Sequence record: PZ465525.1
DNA: 38,751 nucleotides
DNA from: a phage
Direction: 5' to 3' (one strand)
Below are positions 17,751-26,368 of the stretch, piece by piece; the stretch's first letter is position 1, and the number at the start of each line of letters is the position of its first letter. Position numbers and translations under genes: made by a program. Under the pieces are notes generated by a model that worked only from the letters and a program-made list of their open reading frames with translations, searched no databases and had not been told where the DNA came from.

Positions 17751-19511
17751 ATGTCTGTGCAGTCTAACCGTAATGCGCTCGTAGTGGCGCAACTGAAAGG
17801 TGACTTCGTGGCGTTCCTGTTCGTCCTTTGGAGGGCTCTGAATCTGCCGGAGCCCACAAAGTGTCAAATCGACATGGCCCGAACGCTGGCGAATGGGGAC
17901 AACAAGAAGTTCATCCTACAGGCTTTCCGAGGTATCGGTAAGTCGTTCATTACGTGTGCCTTCGTTGTGTGGTCGCTATGGCGTGACCCTCAATTGAAGA
18001 TTCTCATTGTGTCTGCCTCTAAGGAACGTGCAGACGCTAACTCAATCTTTATCAAGAACATCATCGACCTGTTGCCATTCTTGGCTGAGTTGAAGCCTAG
18101 AGCTGGTCAGCGGGACTCCGTAATCAGCTTTGACGTTGGCCCTGCGAAGCCTGACCACTCTCCGAGTGTGAAGTCCGTAGGTATCACTGGTCAGTTGACT
18201 GGTAGCCGTGCTGACATCATCATTGCGGACGACGTTGAGATTCCGTCTAACAGTGCGACTATGGGTGCCCGAGAGAAGCTGTGGACTCTGGTTCAGGAGT
18301 TCGCTGCGTTGCTTAAGCCCCTTCCGACTTCCCGAGTGATTTACCTTGGTACGCCTCAGACCGAAATGACCCTCTACAAGGAACTGGAAGATAACCGTGG
18401 GTACACCACCATCATCTGGCCTGCCATGTACCCGAGGAGCCGTGAAGAAGACCTGTACTACGCACAGCGTCTCGCACCGATGCTCCGAGCGGAGTACGAA
18501 GAGAACCCTGAGGCCCTGTCCGGTACACCTACCGACCCTGTGCGATTCGATAGGGAAGACCTGAGGGAACGTGAGCTGGAATATGGTAAGGCTGGCTTTA
18601 CGTTGCAGTTCATGCTCAACCCGAACCTGAGTGATGCCGAGAAGTACCCTCTGAGGCTCCGTGACGCTATCGTAGCGGCTCTGGACTTGGAGAAGGCACC
18701 GATGCACTACCAATGGCTGCCGAACCGTCAGAACCTCATTGAGGAGCTGCCAAACGTGGGCCTTAAGGGTGATGACCTTCATACGTATCACGCTTGCTCC
18801 AACAACACCAGTAAGTACCAACAGAAGATTCTGGTCATTGACCCGAGTGGTCGTGGTAAGGACGAAACTGGCTGGGCAGTGCTCTACACGCTCAACGGCT
18901 ACATCTACCTTATGGAGGCCGGAGGTTGCCGTGATGGTTACTCCGATAAGACGCTCGAACTGCTCGCTAAGAAGGCCAAGCAGTGGCAAGTCCAGACTGT
19001 GGTCTTCGAGAGTAACTTCGGTGACGGTATGTTCGGTAAGGTGTTCTCTCCGATTCTCCTTAAGCACCACAACGCTGTCCTTGAGGAAATCCGTGCGAGA
19101 GGCATGAAGGAGGTTCGCATCTGCGATACTCTGGAACCTGTCATGCAGACGCACCGCTTGGTTATCCGAGACGAGGTGATTAGGGCCGACTATCAGACCG
19201 CTAGGGACGCTGATGGTAAGCATGACGTGAAATACTCATTGTTCTACCAGATGACCCGTATCACCCGAGAGAAGGGCGCACTGGCTTACGATGACCGATT
19301 GGATGCTCTGGCGCTTGGCGTAGAGTTCCTTCGGGAGTCCATGCAGCTCGACTCAGTGAAGGTGGAGGGTGAACAGCTCGCAGACTTCCTTGAAGACCAC
19401 ATGAACCGTCCTACGGTCTCTGGTCACAACATCATGGAGCTGACTGTTGTTGGCCTTCACATCTACTCTGAGGATGACGATGGGTTCTCCGGTGGGTTCA
19501 TTGAGTGGTGA
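17751..19511 (+). CDS. 19: gp19 terminase large subunit (DNA maturation protein B)
   Basis: 586-aa ORF, same length as T7 gp19; RBS GGAGG; ATPase and nuclease gene at the conserved position. Confidence 0.95.
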   Translation: MSVQSNRNALVVAQLKGDFVAFLFVLWRALNLPEPTKCQIDMARTLANGDNKKFILQAFRGIGKSFITCAFVVWSLWRDPQLKILIVSASKERADANSIFIKNIIDLLPFLAELKPRAGQRDSVISFDVGPAKPDHSPSVKSVGITGQLTGSRADIIIADDVEIPSNSATMGAREKLWTLVQEFAALLKPLPTSRVIYLGTPQTEMTLYKELEDNRGYTTIIWPAMYPRSREEDLYYAQRLAPMLRAEYEENPEALSGTPTDPVRFDREDLRERELEYGKAGFTLQFMLNPNLSDAEKYPLRLRDAIVAALDLEKAPMHYQWLPNRQNLIEELPNVGLKGDDLHTYHACSNNTSKYQQKILVIDPSGRGKDETGWAVLYTLNGYIYLMEAGGCRDGYSDKTLELLAKKAKQWQVQTVVFESNFGDGMFGKVFSPILLKHHNAVLEEIRARGMKEVRICDTLEPVMQTHRLVIRDEVIRADYQTARDADGKHDVKYSLFYQMTRITREKGALAYDDRLDALALGVEFLRESMQLDSVKVEGEQLADFLEDHMNRPTVSGHNIMELTVVGLHIYSEDDDGFSGGFIEW

Positions 19512-19590
19512 TTTAGTCACGTAATGTGCATAAGGAAGCATAGGGAGCCAAGGAAGGCCCACTTGTAAGTTATTGATTCCTGAGGTGAAT

Positions 19591-19613
19591 CAATTCGACT
19601 CACTATAGGGAGA
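19591..19613 (+). promoter_or_regulatory. Phage RNAP promoter (phiOR-like) near the right end
   Basis: CAATTCGACTCACTATAGGGAGA: consensus core with two changes in the AT-rich upstream part; sits after gene 19 as phiOR does in T7. Confidence 0.85.
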
Positions 19614-19767
19614 GGAGGGACTAAAGGTTATATATAGTATACTGAATGAATAGACTTTGAGTGCATAAAGACCGCATAAAGTCCTACCTAAAGTTTACAC
19701 TAAGTGGTGGTGGTTATTATCAACAATACACCACCTAACTCTAAGAACACTCTAAGGAGGAGACCTC

Positions 19768-19920
19768 ATGTTCCGCTTTGTGCTGACCCCGCTGAAACAT
19801 CGGGTCACTTACCGATTTCTCGTTGTACTTGTTGCTGCCCTTGGGTGTGCATCAACTATTGGAGACACCATCGGTACATTGGAGTCTTACGTCTGTGCTG
19901 TACTCTCTTGTAGCGATTAA
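19768..19920 (+). CDS. 19.5: gp19.5 small hydrophobic protein
   Basis: 50 aa, MFRFVLTPLKHRVTYRFLVVLVAALGCASTIGDTIGTLESYVCAVLSCSD, similar to T7 gp19.5 (recalled); RBS AAGGAGG; too short for the ORF track. Confidence 0.8.
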   Translation: MFRFVLTPLKHRVTYRFLVVLVAALGCASTIGDTIGTLESYVCAVLSCSD

Positions 19921-19974
19921 GGTTCTAGTGACCGAATGGATTAACATTGCTTTCCGCTTAGCTGTGGACTACTG

Positions 19975-20365
19975 GGTCTGCCTAAGGCTCAACGCTGAGG
20001 GATTCAGCGGTATGATTGCATCACACCACTTCATCCCTATAGAGTCAAGTCCTAAGGTATACCCTAAAGGCCACACCTTAGGATTATCAATGGGTCTACC
20101 CAGAAGTCCACCTAAGGGTGGGCTGTACTGTGTGTGTGGTCTTAAAGAGGGAACCTAGGGAGTGCCCTAAGGAGACCCTTTAAAATATACCACAAAAATC
20201 TGAGCGACTATCTCACAGTTCAGAAACCCAAAGTTCCCCCATAGGGTATCCCAAGGGGTGGCCCTCTTAATGGCCCCACTTGAGACGCTTTGAGAGACCC
20301 TAAGGGATGACCTAAGGTTTACCATTGAGAGACCCTAAGGACTAAGCCTAGACCTAAGGGGAGGC
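19975..20365. repeat. Cluster of short CCTAAGG / CCTTAGG palindromic motifs at the right-end / concatemer-junction region
   Basis: About nine CCTAAGG-type motifs by eye (e.g. GCCTAAGGCTC, GTCCTAAGGTATACCCTAAAGG, CCACCTAAGGGTGG, GACCCTAAGGGATGACCTAAGG, GACCTAAGGGGAGG). Confidence 0.6.
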
Positions 20366-20442
20366 CATTAGGGGAGCTTTGAGGGGGGACATTGAGGGAC
20401 GTTGAGTGTCCTAGTGTCCCTATCTGTTACAACCTCTTAAAG
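20211..20442. repeat. Putative terminal repeat (single collapsed copy) marking the mature genome ends
   Basis: Begins TCTCACAG... like the T7 left end and ends ...CCCTATCTGTTACAACCTCTTAAAG like the end of the T7 terminal repeat; boundaries are by analogy only. Confidence 0.5.
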
Positions 20443-20633
20443 TATCCTCATAAAGCCACCTCTTAATGTCATTCCTAAAGCCTACACCTAAAGACTACAC
20501 CTAAAGACGCCATCGAGTCAATGCCTATCTTAAAGTATCCTCATAGAGTCACCTCTTAATGTCCTTCTTAAAGCCTACACCTAAAGATGCCCTGTTGTTA
20601 GCCATACAGAGATAATCTTCAATCATTGTCTCT
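20443..20633. repeat. Left-end array of ACCTAAAG-type short repeats with a duplicated ~80-bp unit
   Basis: CTCTTAAAGTATCCTCATAAAGCCACCTCTTAATGTCATTCCTAAAGCCTACACCTAAAGA recurs with small changes ~90 bp downstream. Confidence 0.6.
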
Positions 20634-20656
20634 TAATTCGACTCACTATAGGGAGA
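20634..20656 (+). promoter_or_regulatory. Phage RNAP promoter (phiOL-like) at the left end
   Basis: TAATTCGACTCACTATAGGGAGA: one mismatch to consensus. Confidence 0.85.
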
Positions 20657-20714
20657 CCACTTAAAGACCTTAAAGACCTTAAAGGGATTAATTTAAGATT
20701 TTAATAAAAGAGTA

Positions 20715-20751
20715 TTGACTTTAGGTCTAGCCTATAGGATATTTTGAGCCA
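20715..20751 (+). promoter_or_regulatory. Host sigma70 early promoter A1-like
   Basis: AAAAGAGTATTGACT-17 bp-GATATT...CCATCGAGAGGGACACGG: -35 TTGACT, -10 GATATT; near-identical to T7 A1 (recalled). Confidence 0.85.
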
Positions 20752-20841
20752 TCGAGAGGGACACGGTGAGTAGCCTTCCCAACCGATACCGGAGTCAACC
20801 GGATAAGTAGACAGCCTGCTCAGTCATACGAAAAACAGGCA

Positions 20842-20871
20842 TTGACAACACGAAGTAACCTGAAGTAAGAT
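20842..20871 (+). promoter_or_regulatory. Host sigma70 early promoter A2-like
   Basis: AAAAACAGGCATTGACAACACGAAGTAACCTGAAGTAAGATA: -35 TTGACA, -10 TAAGAT; as T7 A2 (recalled). Confidence 0.8.
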
Positions 20872-20940
20872 AATTAGCGTCAACACAACGGTGGCCCTCT
20901 GAAACGATACCGAAGGCGTCACGGCAAGAAAACCTAAGGG

Positions 20941-20972
20941 TTGACACTGAACGACAAACACGAAGTACACTG
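20941..20972 (+). promoter_or_regulatory. Host sigma70 early promoter A3-like
   Basis: GGTTGACACTGAACGACAAACACGAAGTACACTG: -35 TTGACA with a TACACT-type -10 at 18-19 bp spacing. Confidence 0.6.
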
Positions 20973-21112
20973 TAAGCACCTTAACGAAGACACCGAACGG
21001 CACGGTATACTGTCGGGCTCAGGATGAATTCCCTCTTGTGGGATGAAAAAGTGGGCATGGCGAAGGCACGAACTGCTACGCAAAGTAGCTATACCCAACG
21101 CCGAACACTGAA

Positions 21113-21158
21113 TGACTAACTCAAGGTCGTTCGCTAAGAGCGGCCTTTATGATAGTCA
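21113..21158 (+). promoter_or_regulatory. RNase III-type processing hairpin (R0.3-like)
   Basis: AACTCAAGGTCGTTCGCTAAGAGCGGCCTTTATGATAGTCAC. Confidence 0.75.
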
Positions 21159-21187
21159 CTCAACGAACCAACATGAGGTAACACAAA

Positions 21188-21643
21188 ATGATTTTCACTA
21201 AAGAACCTGCGAACATCTTCTATGTGCTGGTCTCTGCTTTCCGCTCAAACCTCGACGACGCTGAGAATATGAGCAGACACCGCCATATGGTTAGCACTTT
21301 ACGTGCCGCAGAAGGTCTTTATGGCTCCATTGAGTCAACCGATTTGACCGGATGCTATCGTGAGGAAATCGCAAGCGCGCCGACTGAGGAAAAAACTGTT
21401 CGTGTACGCTGCAAGGACGAGGCGCAGGCGCTCAATGTTGCACGTCTGGCTTGCAATGAGTGGGAACAAGATTGTGTGCTGGTATACAACTCCCAGACTC
21501 ACACTGCCAGCCTGATGTACGCTAAAGGCACCGATGGGCATAAGACCGAGCGTCTGGGGAGATTCCAAGAAGTGTCTAAAGGCGCACCGCTGCAAGGCTG
21601 CTACACGATTGACGAGTTTGGTCGCCGCTGGCAAGTACAATAA
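21188..21643 (+). CDS. S-adenosylmethionine-cleaving enzyme (T3 gene 0.3-type SAMase / SAM lyase), anti-restriction
   Basis: 151 aa, MIFTKEPANIFYVLVSAFRSNL...GAPLQGCYTIDEFGRRWQVQ, near-identical to the T3 SAMase as recalled; RBS GAGGT. Confidence 0.9.
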   Translation: MIFTKEPANIFYVLVSAFRSNLDDAENMSRHRHMVSTLRAAEGLYGSIESTDLTGCYREEIASAPTEEKTVRVRCKDEAQALNVARLACNEWEQDCVLVYNSQTHTASLMYAKGTDGHKTERLGRFQEVSKGAPLQGCYTIDEFGRRWQVQ

Positions 21644-21647
21644 GTGA

Positions 21648-21688
21648 TAAACTCAAGGTCGCTCTGTACGAGTGGCCTTTATGATTAC
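21648..21688 (+). promoter_or_regulatory. RNase III-type processing hairpin
   Basis: AAACTCAAGGTCGCTCTGTACGAGTGGCCTTTATGATTACC, close to the T7 R0.5 sequence (recalled). Confidence 0.75.
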
Positions 21689-21718
21689 CACTTTGAAACA
21701 ACGCACGGGATTACTGTC

Positions 21719-21856
21719 ATGCTGAAATATTACGTTATGCCAATCCGTCACTCCACTGGTGCCACTGTATGCACTCCAGATGGGTTCGCAATGAAAGCAC
21801 GTATCGAGCGCCTTAAGCGCGAACTCCGCACCAATCGCAAACTGAACAACATCTGA
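21719..21856 (+). CDS. 0.6: gene 0.6-like small early protein
   Basis: 45 aa, MLKYYVMPIRHSTGATVCTPDGFAMKARIERLKRELRTNRKLNNI, very similar to T7 gp0.6A (recalled); the ORF-track start 21644 lies inside the hairpin. Confidence 0.75.
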   Translation: MLKYYVMPIRHSTGATVCTPDGFAMKARIERLKRELRTNRKLNNI

Positions 21857-21888
21857 TAGCACACACACACAAACTGAGGTAACACACT

Positions 21889-22410
21889 ATGAAACGCAAT
21901 GCTAATGCTTATTACGAACTGCTGGCCGCTACTGTTGAGGCATTCAATGAGCGCATCCAAGAAGACAAGTTGACCGAGGATAGTGATTACCACGATGCCC
22001 TGCATAAAGTGGTTGACCGGATGGTTCCGAGCTACTACTGGGAAATCTTCATGGTCATGGCGGCTGACGGTATTGACGTTGAGTTTGACGATGATGGTCT
22101 GATGCCAGACACCAAGGATGTTACCCGAATCCTGCAAGCCCGCATCTACGAGGCGCTATATAACGATGTGCCCAACGATAGCGGGGTCGAATGGTACGAA
22201 GGCGAGGAGGAGGAGGAGCCCGAGGAGCCAAGCCAGTGGTATGTAATCAATGATGAAGAACACGGGAGCTTTGTGGTCTCCTTTCACGACTCACTAAAGG
22301 CAGCCATTGAGGCAGCCGATGAACGATACAATACGCTGGGCAAGCGGTGCCACGTTGAGGATGATACCAGCTCAGATGTGCTTTACAATCCGGTAACTGC
22401 TGACGAGTGA
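21889..22410 (+). CDS. ocr: Ocr-like DNA-mimic anti-restriction protein with a ~65-aa C-terminal extension
   Basis: 173 aa; residues ~30-100 (HDALHKVVDRMVPSYYWEIFMVMAADGIDVEFDDDGLMPDTKDVTRILQARIYEAL) align to T7 Ocr (117 aa, recalled); RBS CTGAGGTAACACACT-ATG is the T7 0.3-type initiation region. Confidence 0.85.
   Translation: MKRNANAYYELLAATVEAFNERIQEDKLTEDSDYHDALHKVVDRMVPSYYWEIFMVMAADGIDVEFDDDGLMPDTKDVTRILQARIYEALYNDVPNDSGVEWYEGEEEEEPEEPSQWYVINDEEHGSFVVSFHDSLKAAIEAADERYNTLGKRCHVEDDTSSDVLYNPVTADE
22281..22303 (+). promoter_or_regulatory. Promoter-like relic inside the Ocr-like coding sequence
   Basis: CTTTCACGACTCACTAAAGGCAG matches the consensus core ACGACTCACTA-AGG but lacks the TAATA upstream part; probably nonfunctional. 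Confidence 0.3.
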
Positions 22411-22450
22411 TAGACTCAAGGTCGTTCTTTAATGAGCGGCCTTTATGATT
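22411..22450 (+). promoter_or_regulatory. RNase III-type processing hairpin upstream of gene 0.7
   Basis: TAGACTCAAGGTCGTTCTTTAATGAGCGGCCTTTATGATTACC. Confidence 0.75.
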
Positions 22451-22485
22451 ACCACTTGAAACCTAATCATAAGGACAAACTTGAA

Positions 22486-23586
22486 ATGAACGTTAACGAA
22501 ATCTCCGCCCGTGTCTCTGAAATAGCTGCTCTGGGTCTCTCTGAGTTGACCAAACTCCAGCCGATGCTGGTGAAGCTAATTGCCGACATTGTGAACCACG
22601 AAACGGAAAACGGCTATTTGACAATGAAAGAAGGCGACCGTGCGCTAGGGGCGATGCCCTATTGGAACAGCCTGATGGTTTACTTGAAGGATGCTGGCTT
22701 TGAGCTGCTGGGCAATGGTCACTTTTCGGCTGCCTTTAAGCACCACCTTCTGCCACAAAAGGTTATCAAGGTCGGGTTCAAAAAAGAGGACTCAGGGGCA
22801 GCATACGCTGCGTTCTGCCGCATGAACCAAGGCAAGCAAGGCATCCCTACCATCCACGACATTCAACGTCACGCTGGCTGTTACACTGTGGTTCTTGACG
22901 AGCTGCGCAGCATCCAGACCGATGGGTGGGGGCTCATGGCTGATAGCCAATGGGTCGACGAACAATACGACTGCGCCCGTCAGGTAATCCAGTACGGTCT
23001 CTGCCCGAGCTACTACGAGGGCTTCGCGGCGGACGAACTCGCCAAGACCTGCGCGGAAATACGCAAGTTCTTCGAGGGAATCGCAGTCTTCGATATGCAC
23101 GCCGGTAACGCAATGGTTGACAAAGACGGCAATCTGGTAATTACCGACCCTGTATCGTTCGCCTCTGCGCTGCCTGAGAATGAGTTCCTCGTAGACCCCG
23201 AGGAACTCCTAGCGGAAATCGAGCAGATAGCCGAGCGCAAGATTATTGAGCGGTGCCGTGAGCGAAAAGCCAAGCGCGACCCTAACGGAATATTCCGGTT
23301 CAACCTCAAACAGCGCCAAAAGCGCCGCAAGGAATGCAAGAAGGCCGAACGCCTCCGGAAACGGGATGCTGCCAAGCTGGCGCTCCAAGCGCACAACCGT
23401 GATGTGGCCCTTAAGGAGCTTGGCATAACTCTCTGGATGAAAGCCTACTTCGACCTCCCAAACGCAAAGATGGTCGAAATGGAGGCGCAAGTTGCCGCCA
23501 AGGTCGCTAACCGCAACCACAAAGCAATTGCACTGGGTCAGGCTCTCGATATTGACAAAGAACTTGACGCAATGTTCCAAGGTTGA
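22486..23586 (+). CDS. 0.7: gp0.7 serine/threonine protein kinase / host transcription shutoff protein
   Basis: Start at ATG 22486 (ORF track 22432 is upstream in the hairpin); conserved blocks FELLGNGHFSAAF, VIKVGFKKEDSGAAY, RHAGCYTVVLDEL, KFFEGIAVFDMHAGN, ITDPVSF and ...IDKELDAMFQG match T7 gp0.7 (recalled). Confidence 0.9.
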   Translation: MNVNEISARVSEIAALGLSELTKLQPMLVKLIADIVNHETENGYLTMKEGDRALGAMPYWNSLMVYLKDAGFELLGNGHFSAAFKHHLLPQKVIKVGFKKEDSGAAYAAFCRMNQGKQGIPTIHDIQRHAGCYTVVLDELRSIQTDGWGLMADSQWVDEQYDCARQVIQYGLCPSYYEGFAADELAKTCAEIRKFFEGIAVFDMHAGNAMVDKDGNLVITDPVSFASALPENEFLVDPEELLAEIEQIAERKIIERCRERKAKRDPNGIFRFNLKQRQKRRKECKKAERLRKRDAAKLALQAHNRDVALKELGITLWMKAYFDLPNAKMVEMEAQVAAKVANRNHKAIALGQALDIDKELDAMFQG

Positions 23587-23588
23587 GT

Positions 23589-23622
23589 ATTATCTTCAAG
23601 GTCACTGCGGTGGCCTTTATAG
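23589..23622 (+). promoter_or_regulatory. RNase III-type processing hairpin (R1-like)
   Basis: TCTTCAAGGTCACTGCGGTGGCCTTTATAGG. Confidence 0.7.
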
Positions 23623-23652
23623 GTACGATTCACTGACACAACGAGGCACAAA

Positions 23653-26304
23653 ATGACTGTAATCGCAATCGAAAAGAACGACTTCTCCGACGTTGAGCTG
23701 GCTGTTATCCCGTTCAACACACTGGCAGACCACTACGGTGAGAAGCTGGCCCGTGAGCAGTTGGCACTTGAGCACGAAGCTTATGAAATGGGCGAGGCCC
23801 GTTTCCGCAAGATATTCGAGCGTCAGCTTAAGGCTGGTGAGGTTGCAGATAACGCTGCCGCTAAGCCGCTTGTCGCAACCCTGCTCCCCAAGATGATTGA
23901 GCGAATCCACGCTTGGTTCGAGGAGGTTTCCGTTAAGCGTGGCAAGCGCCCGACTGCCTTTAAGTTCCTGCAAGAGGTAAAGCCAGAGGCTATCGCTTAC
24001 ATCACCATCAAGACCGTTCTGGGTGCTCTGACAAGCGCTGAGCAAACCACTGTGCAAGCCGCCGCGTCTGCTGTTGGTCGCGCCATTGAGGACGAAGCCC
24101 GCTTTGGTCGCATCCGTGACCTTGAGGCTAAGCACTTCAAGAAGAACGTGGAGGAACAGCTTAACAAGCGTGTGGGCCACGTCTACAAGAAGGCTTTCCT
24201 GCAAGTGGTTGAGGCTGATATGCTGAGCAAGGGCCTGATGGGCGGTGAAGCGTGGTCTAGCTGGCACAAAGAAGACTCCATCCACGTTGGCGTTCGCTGC
24301 ATCGAAATGCTCATTGAGTCAACCGGTCTTGTTGTCCTTGAGCGTCAAAACGCTGGCGTCGTTGGCGCTGATGCTGAGACCCTGAGCCTTGCCTCTGAGT
24401 ATGCTGACGTAATCGCAACCCGCGCTGGTGCTCTGGCTGGTATCTCTCCAATGTATCAGCCTTGCGTAGTTCCGCCTAAACCTTGGACAACTGTGACTGG
24501 CGGTGGCTACTGGGCTAACGGTCGCCGTCCGCTTGCTCTGGTGCGTACCCACGGCAAGAAGGCGCTGATGCGCTACGAGGACGTTTACATGCCTGAGGTT
24601 TACAAAGCGGTCAACCTTGCGCAATCCACCGCATGGAAAATCAACAAGAAGGTGCTGGCGGTAGCCAACGAGATTACCAAGTGGAAGCACTGCCCTGTTG
24701 AGGACATTCCGGCAATCGAGCGCGAGGATCTGCCAGTTAAACCGGACGACATTGACGAGAACCCTGAGGCGCTGATCAACTGGAAACGTGCTGCGGCGGC
24801 TGTGTACCGCAAGGACAAGGCCCGCAAGTCTCGCCGTCTGTCCCTTGAGTTTATGCTTGAGCAGGCCAACAAGTTCGCAAACCACAAGGCCATTTGGTTC
24901 CCTTACAACATGGACTGGCGTGGTCGCGTTTACGCGGTCTCCATGTTCAACCCGCAAGGCAACGATATGACCAAGGGCTTGCTGACTCTGGCTAAGGGAA
25001 AGGCAATCGGCAAGGAAGGTTTCTACTGGCTGAAAATCCACGGTGCAAACTGCGCTGGTGTCGATAAGGTTCCGTTCCCTGAGCGCATCAAGTTCATTGA
25101 GGACAACCACGAGCACATCATGGCGTCCGCTAAGAACCCGCTTGAGTACACTTGGTGGGCCGAACAAGATAGCCCGTTCTGCTTCCTTGCGTTCTGCTTT
25201 GAGTACGCTGGGGTAATGCACCACGGCTTGTCTTATAACTGCTCCCTGCCGCTGGCTTTCGACGGCTCCTGCTCTGGCATCCAGCACTTCTCCGCGATGC
25301 TGCGCGATGAAGTTGGTGGTCGTGCGGTGAACCTGCTCCCGAGCGAGACCGTGCAGGACATTTACGGCATCGTAGCCAAGAGGGTGAACGAAATCCTGCA
25401 ACGCGATGTTATCTTTGGGACTGACGACGAGTTGGTCACTGAGACTGACAAGACCACTGGGGAAATCACTGAGAAAACCGTACTGGGCACTCGCACTCTG
25501 GCGGGCCAATGGCTGGCCTATGGGGTCAACCGTAGCGTAACCAAGCGTTCCGTAATGACTCTGGCGTATGGCTCCAAGGAGTTCGGTTTCCGTCAGCAAG
25601 TCCTTGAGGACACTATCCGTCCGGCTATCGACTCCGGCAAGGGCCTGATGTTCACCATCCCGTACCAAGCGGCTGGCTACATGGCTAAGCTGATTTGGGA
25701 CTCTGTGAGCGTGACCGTAGTTGCTGCGGTAGAGGCCATGAAGTGGCTGCAAAGTGCCGCTAAGCTGCTGGCCGCTGAGGTCAAGGACAAGAAGACTGGT
25801 GAGGTTCTGCGTAACCGCTGCGCTGTTCACTGGGTAACTCCCGATGGGTTCGCCGTATGGCAGGAGTACCGCAAGCCTCTGCAAACCCGTCTGAATCTGA
25901 TGTTCCTCGGTCAGTTCCGCTTGCAGCCGACCATCAACACCAACAAGGACTCTGGGATTGATGCTCATAAGCAGGAGTCTGGCATTGCACCTAACTTCGT
26001 ACACTCTCAGGATGGCTCTCACCTGCGCAAGACCGTAGTGTGGGCTCACGAAAAGTACGGCATCGAGTCTTTCGCTCTGATTCACGACTCTTTCGGAACC
26101 ATTCCGGCTGACGCTGGCAACCTATTCAAGGCTGTGCGTGAGACTATGGTTGACACCTACGAGAAGAACGATGTGCTGGCCGACTTCTACGAGCAGTTTG
26201 CTGACCAGCTCCACGAGTCCCAACTGGACAAGATGCCTGCTCTGCCGAAGAAAGGCAACCTGAACCTGCGGGACATTCTTGAGTCTGACTTCGCGTTCGC
26301 GTAA
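23653..26304 (+). CDS. 1: gp1 single-subunit DNA-dependent RNA polymerase
   Basis: 883 aa, identical in length and highly similar to T7 RNAP (MTVIAIEKNDFSDVELAAIPFNTLADHYGE..., ends ...LRDILESDFAFA). Confidence 0.98.
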   Translation: MTVIAIEKNDFSDVELAVIPFNTLADHYGEKLAREQLALEHEAYEMGEARFRKIFERQLKAGEVADNAAAKPLVATLLPKMIERIHAWFEEVSVKRGKRPTAFKFLQEVKPEAIAYITIKTVLGALTSAEQTTVQAAASAVGRAIEDEARFGRIRDLEAKHFKKNVEEQLNKRVGHVYKKAFLQVVEADMLSKGLMGGEAWSSWHKEDSIHVGVRCIEMLIESTGLVVLERQNAGVVGADAETLSLASEYADVIATRAGALAGISPMYQPCVVPPKPWTTVTGGGYWANGRRPLALVRTHGKKALMRYEDVYMPEVYKAVNLAQSTAWKINKKVLAVANEITKWKHCPVEDIPAIEREDLPVKPDDIDENPEALINWKRAAAAVYRKDKARKSRRLSLEFMLEQANKFANHKAIWFPYNMDWRGRVYAVSMFNPQGNDMTKGLLTLAKGKAIGKEGFYWLKIHGANCAGVDKVPFPERIKFIEDNHEHIMASAKNPLEYTWWAEQDSPFCFLAFCFEYAGVMHHGLSYNCSLPLAFDGSCSGIQHFSAMLRDEVGGRAVNLLPSETVQDIYGIVAKRVNEILQRDVIFGTDDELVTETDKTTGEITEKTVLGTRTLAGQWLAYGVNRSVTKRSVMTLAYGSKEFGFRQQVLEDTIRPAIDSGKGLMFTIPYQAAGYMAKLIWDSVSVTVVAAVEAMKWLQSAAKLLAAEVKDKKTGEVLRNRCAVHWVTPDGFAVWQEYRKPLQTRLNLMFLGQFRLQPTINTNKDSGIDAHKQESGIAPNFVHSQDGSHLRKTVVWAHEKYGIESFALIHDSFGTIPADAGNLFKAVRETMVDTYEKNDVLADFYEQFADQLHESQLDKMPALPKKGNLNLRDILESDFAFA

Positions 26305-26305
26305 T

Positions 26306-26328
26306 CAATACGACTCACTATAAGGAGG
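26306..26328 (+). promoter_or_regulatory. Phage RNAP class II promoter (phi1.1A-like)
   Basis: CAATACGACTCACTATAAGGAGG: consensus with A at +1. Confidence 0.8.
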
Positions 26329-26345
26329 GCTCCCGATGGTGGTCT

Positions 26346-26368
26346 TAATACGACTCACTATTGGGAGA
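26346..26368 (+). promoter_or_regulatory. Phage RNAP class II promoter (phi1.1B-like)
   Basis: TAATACGACTCACTATTGGGAGA: one mismatch at -1. Confidence 0.85.

Noticed and set aside
18739-19107. 122-aa plus-strand ORF in an alternative frame inside gene 19 (and similar embedded ORFs at 1065-1322 in gene 8 and 3503-3742 in gene 10)
   Set aside because: No RBS, Arg/Ser-rich low-complexity translations, fully embedded in strongly conserved genes. Nothing in the sequence supports expression.
19823-20158. 111-aa plus-strand ORF running from gene 19.5 into the right-end repeat region
   Set aside because: It overlaps gene 19.5 in another frame and extends across the CCTAAGG repeat cluster; it has no RBS and its composition is repeat-driven. 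More likely part of the packaging/concatemer-junction sequence than a gene.
21644-21718. N-terminal 25 codons of the ORF-track call for the 0.6-like gene (GTG start at 21644)
   Set aside because: This stretch is the RNase III-type hairpin (ACTCAAGGTCGCTC...GAGTGGCCTTTATGATT). The homology to T7 gp0.6 begins at the internal ATG 21719.
24319-26085. 588-aa ORF on the minus strand, antisense to the RNA polymerase gene; similar long antisense ORFs at 18042-19223 (393 aa), 34122-35258 (378 aa) and 8394-9275 (293 aa)
   Set aside because: Each is antisense to a near-identical, well-recognised T7 gene. No phage or host promoter faces leftward and no RBS is evident. T7-like genomes are transcribed entirely left to right, so these are chance open frames.
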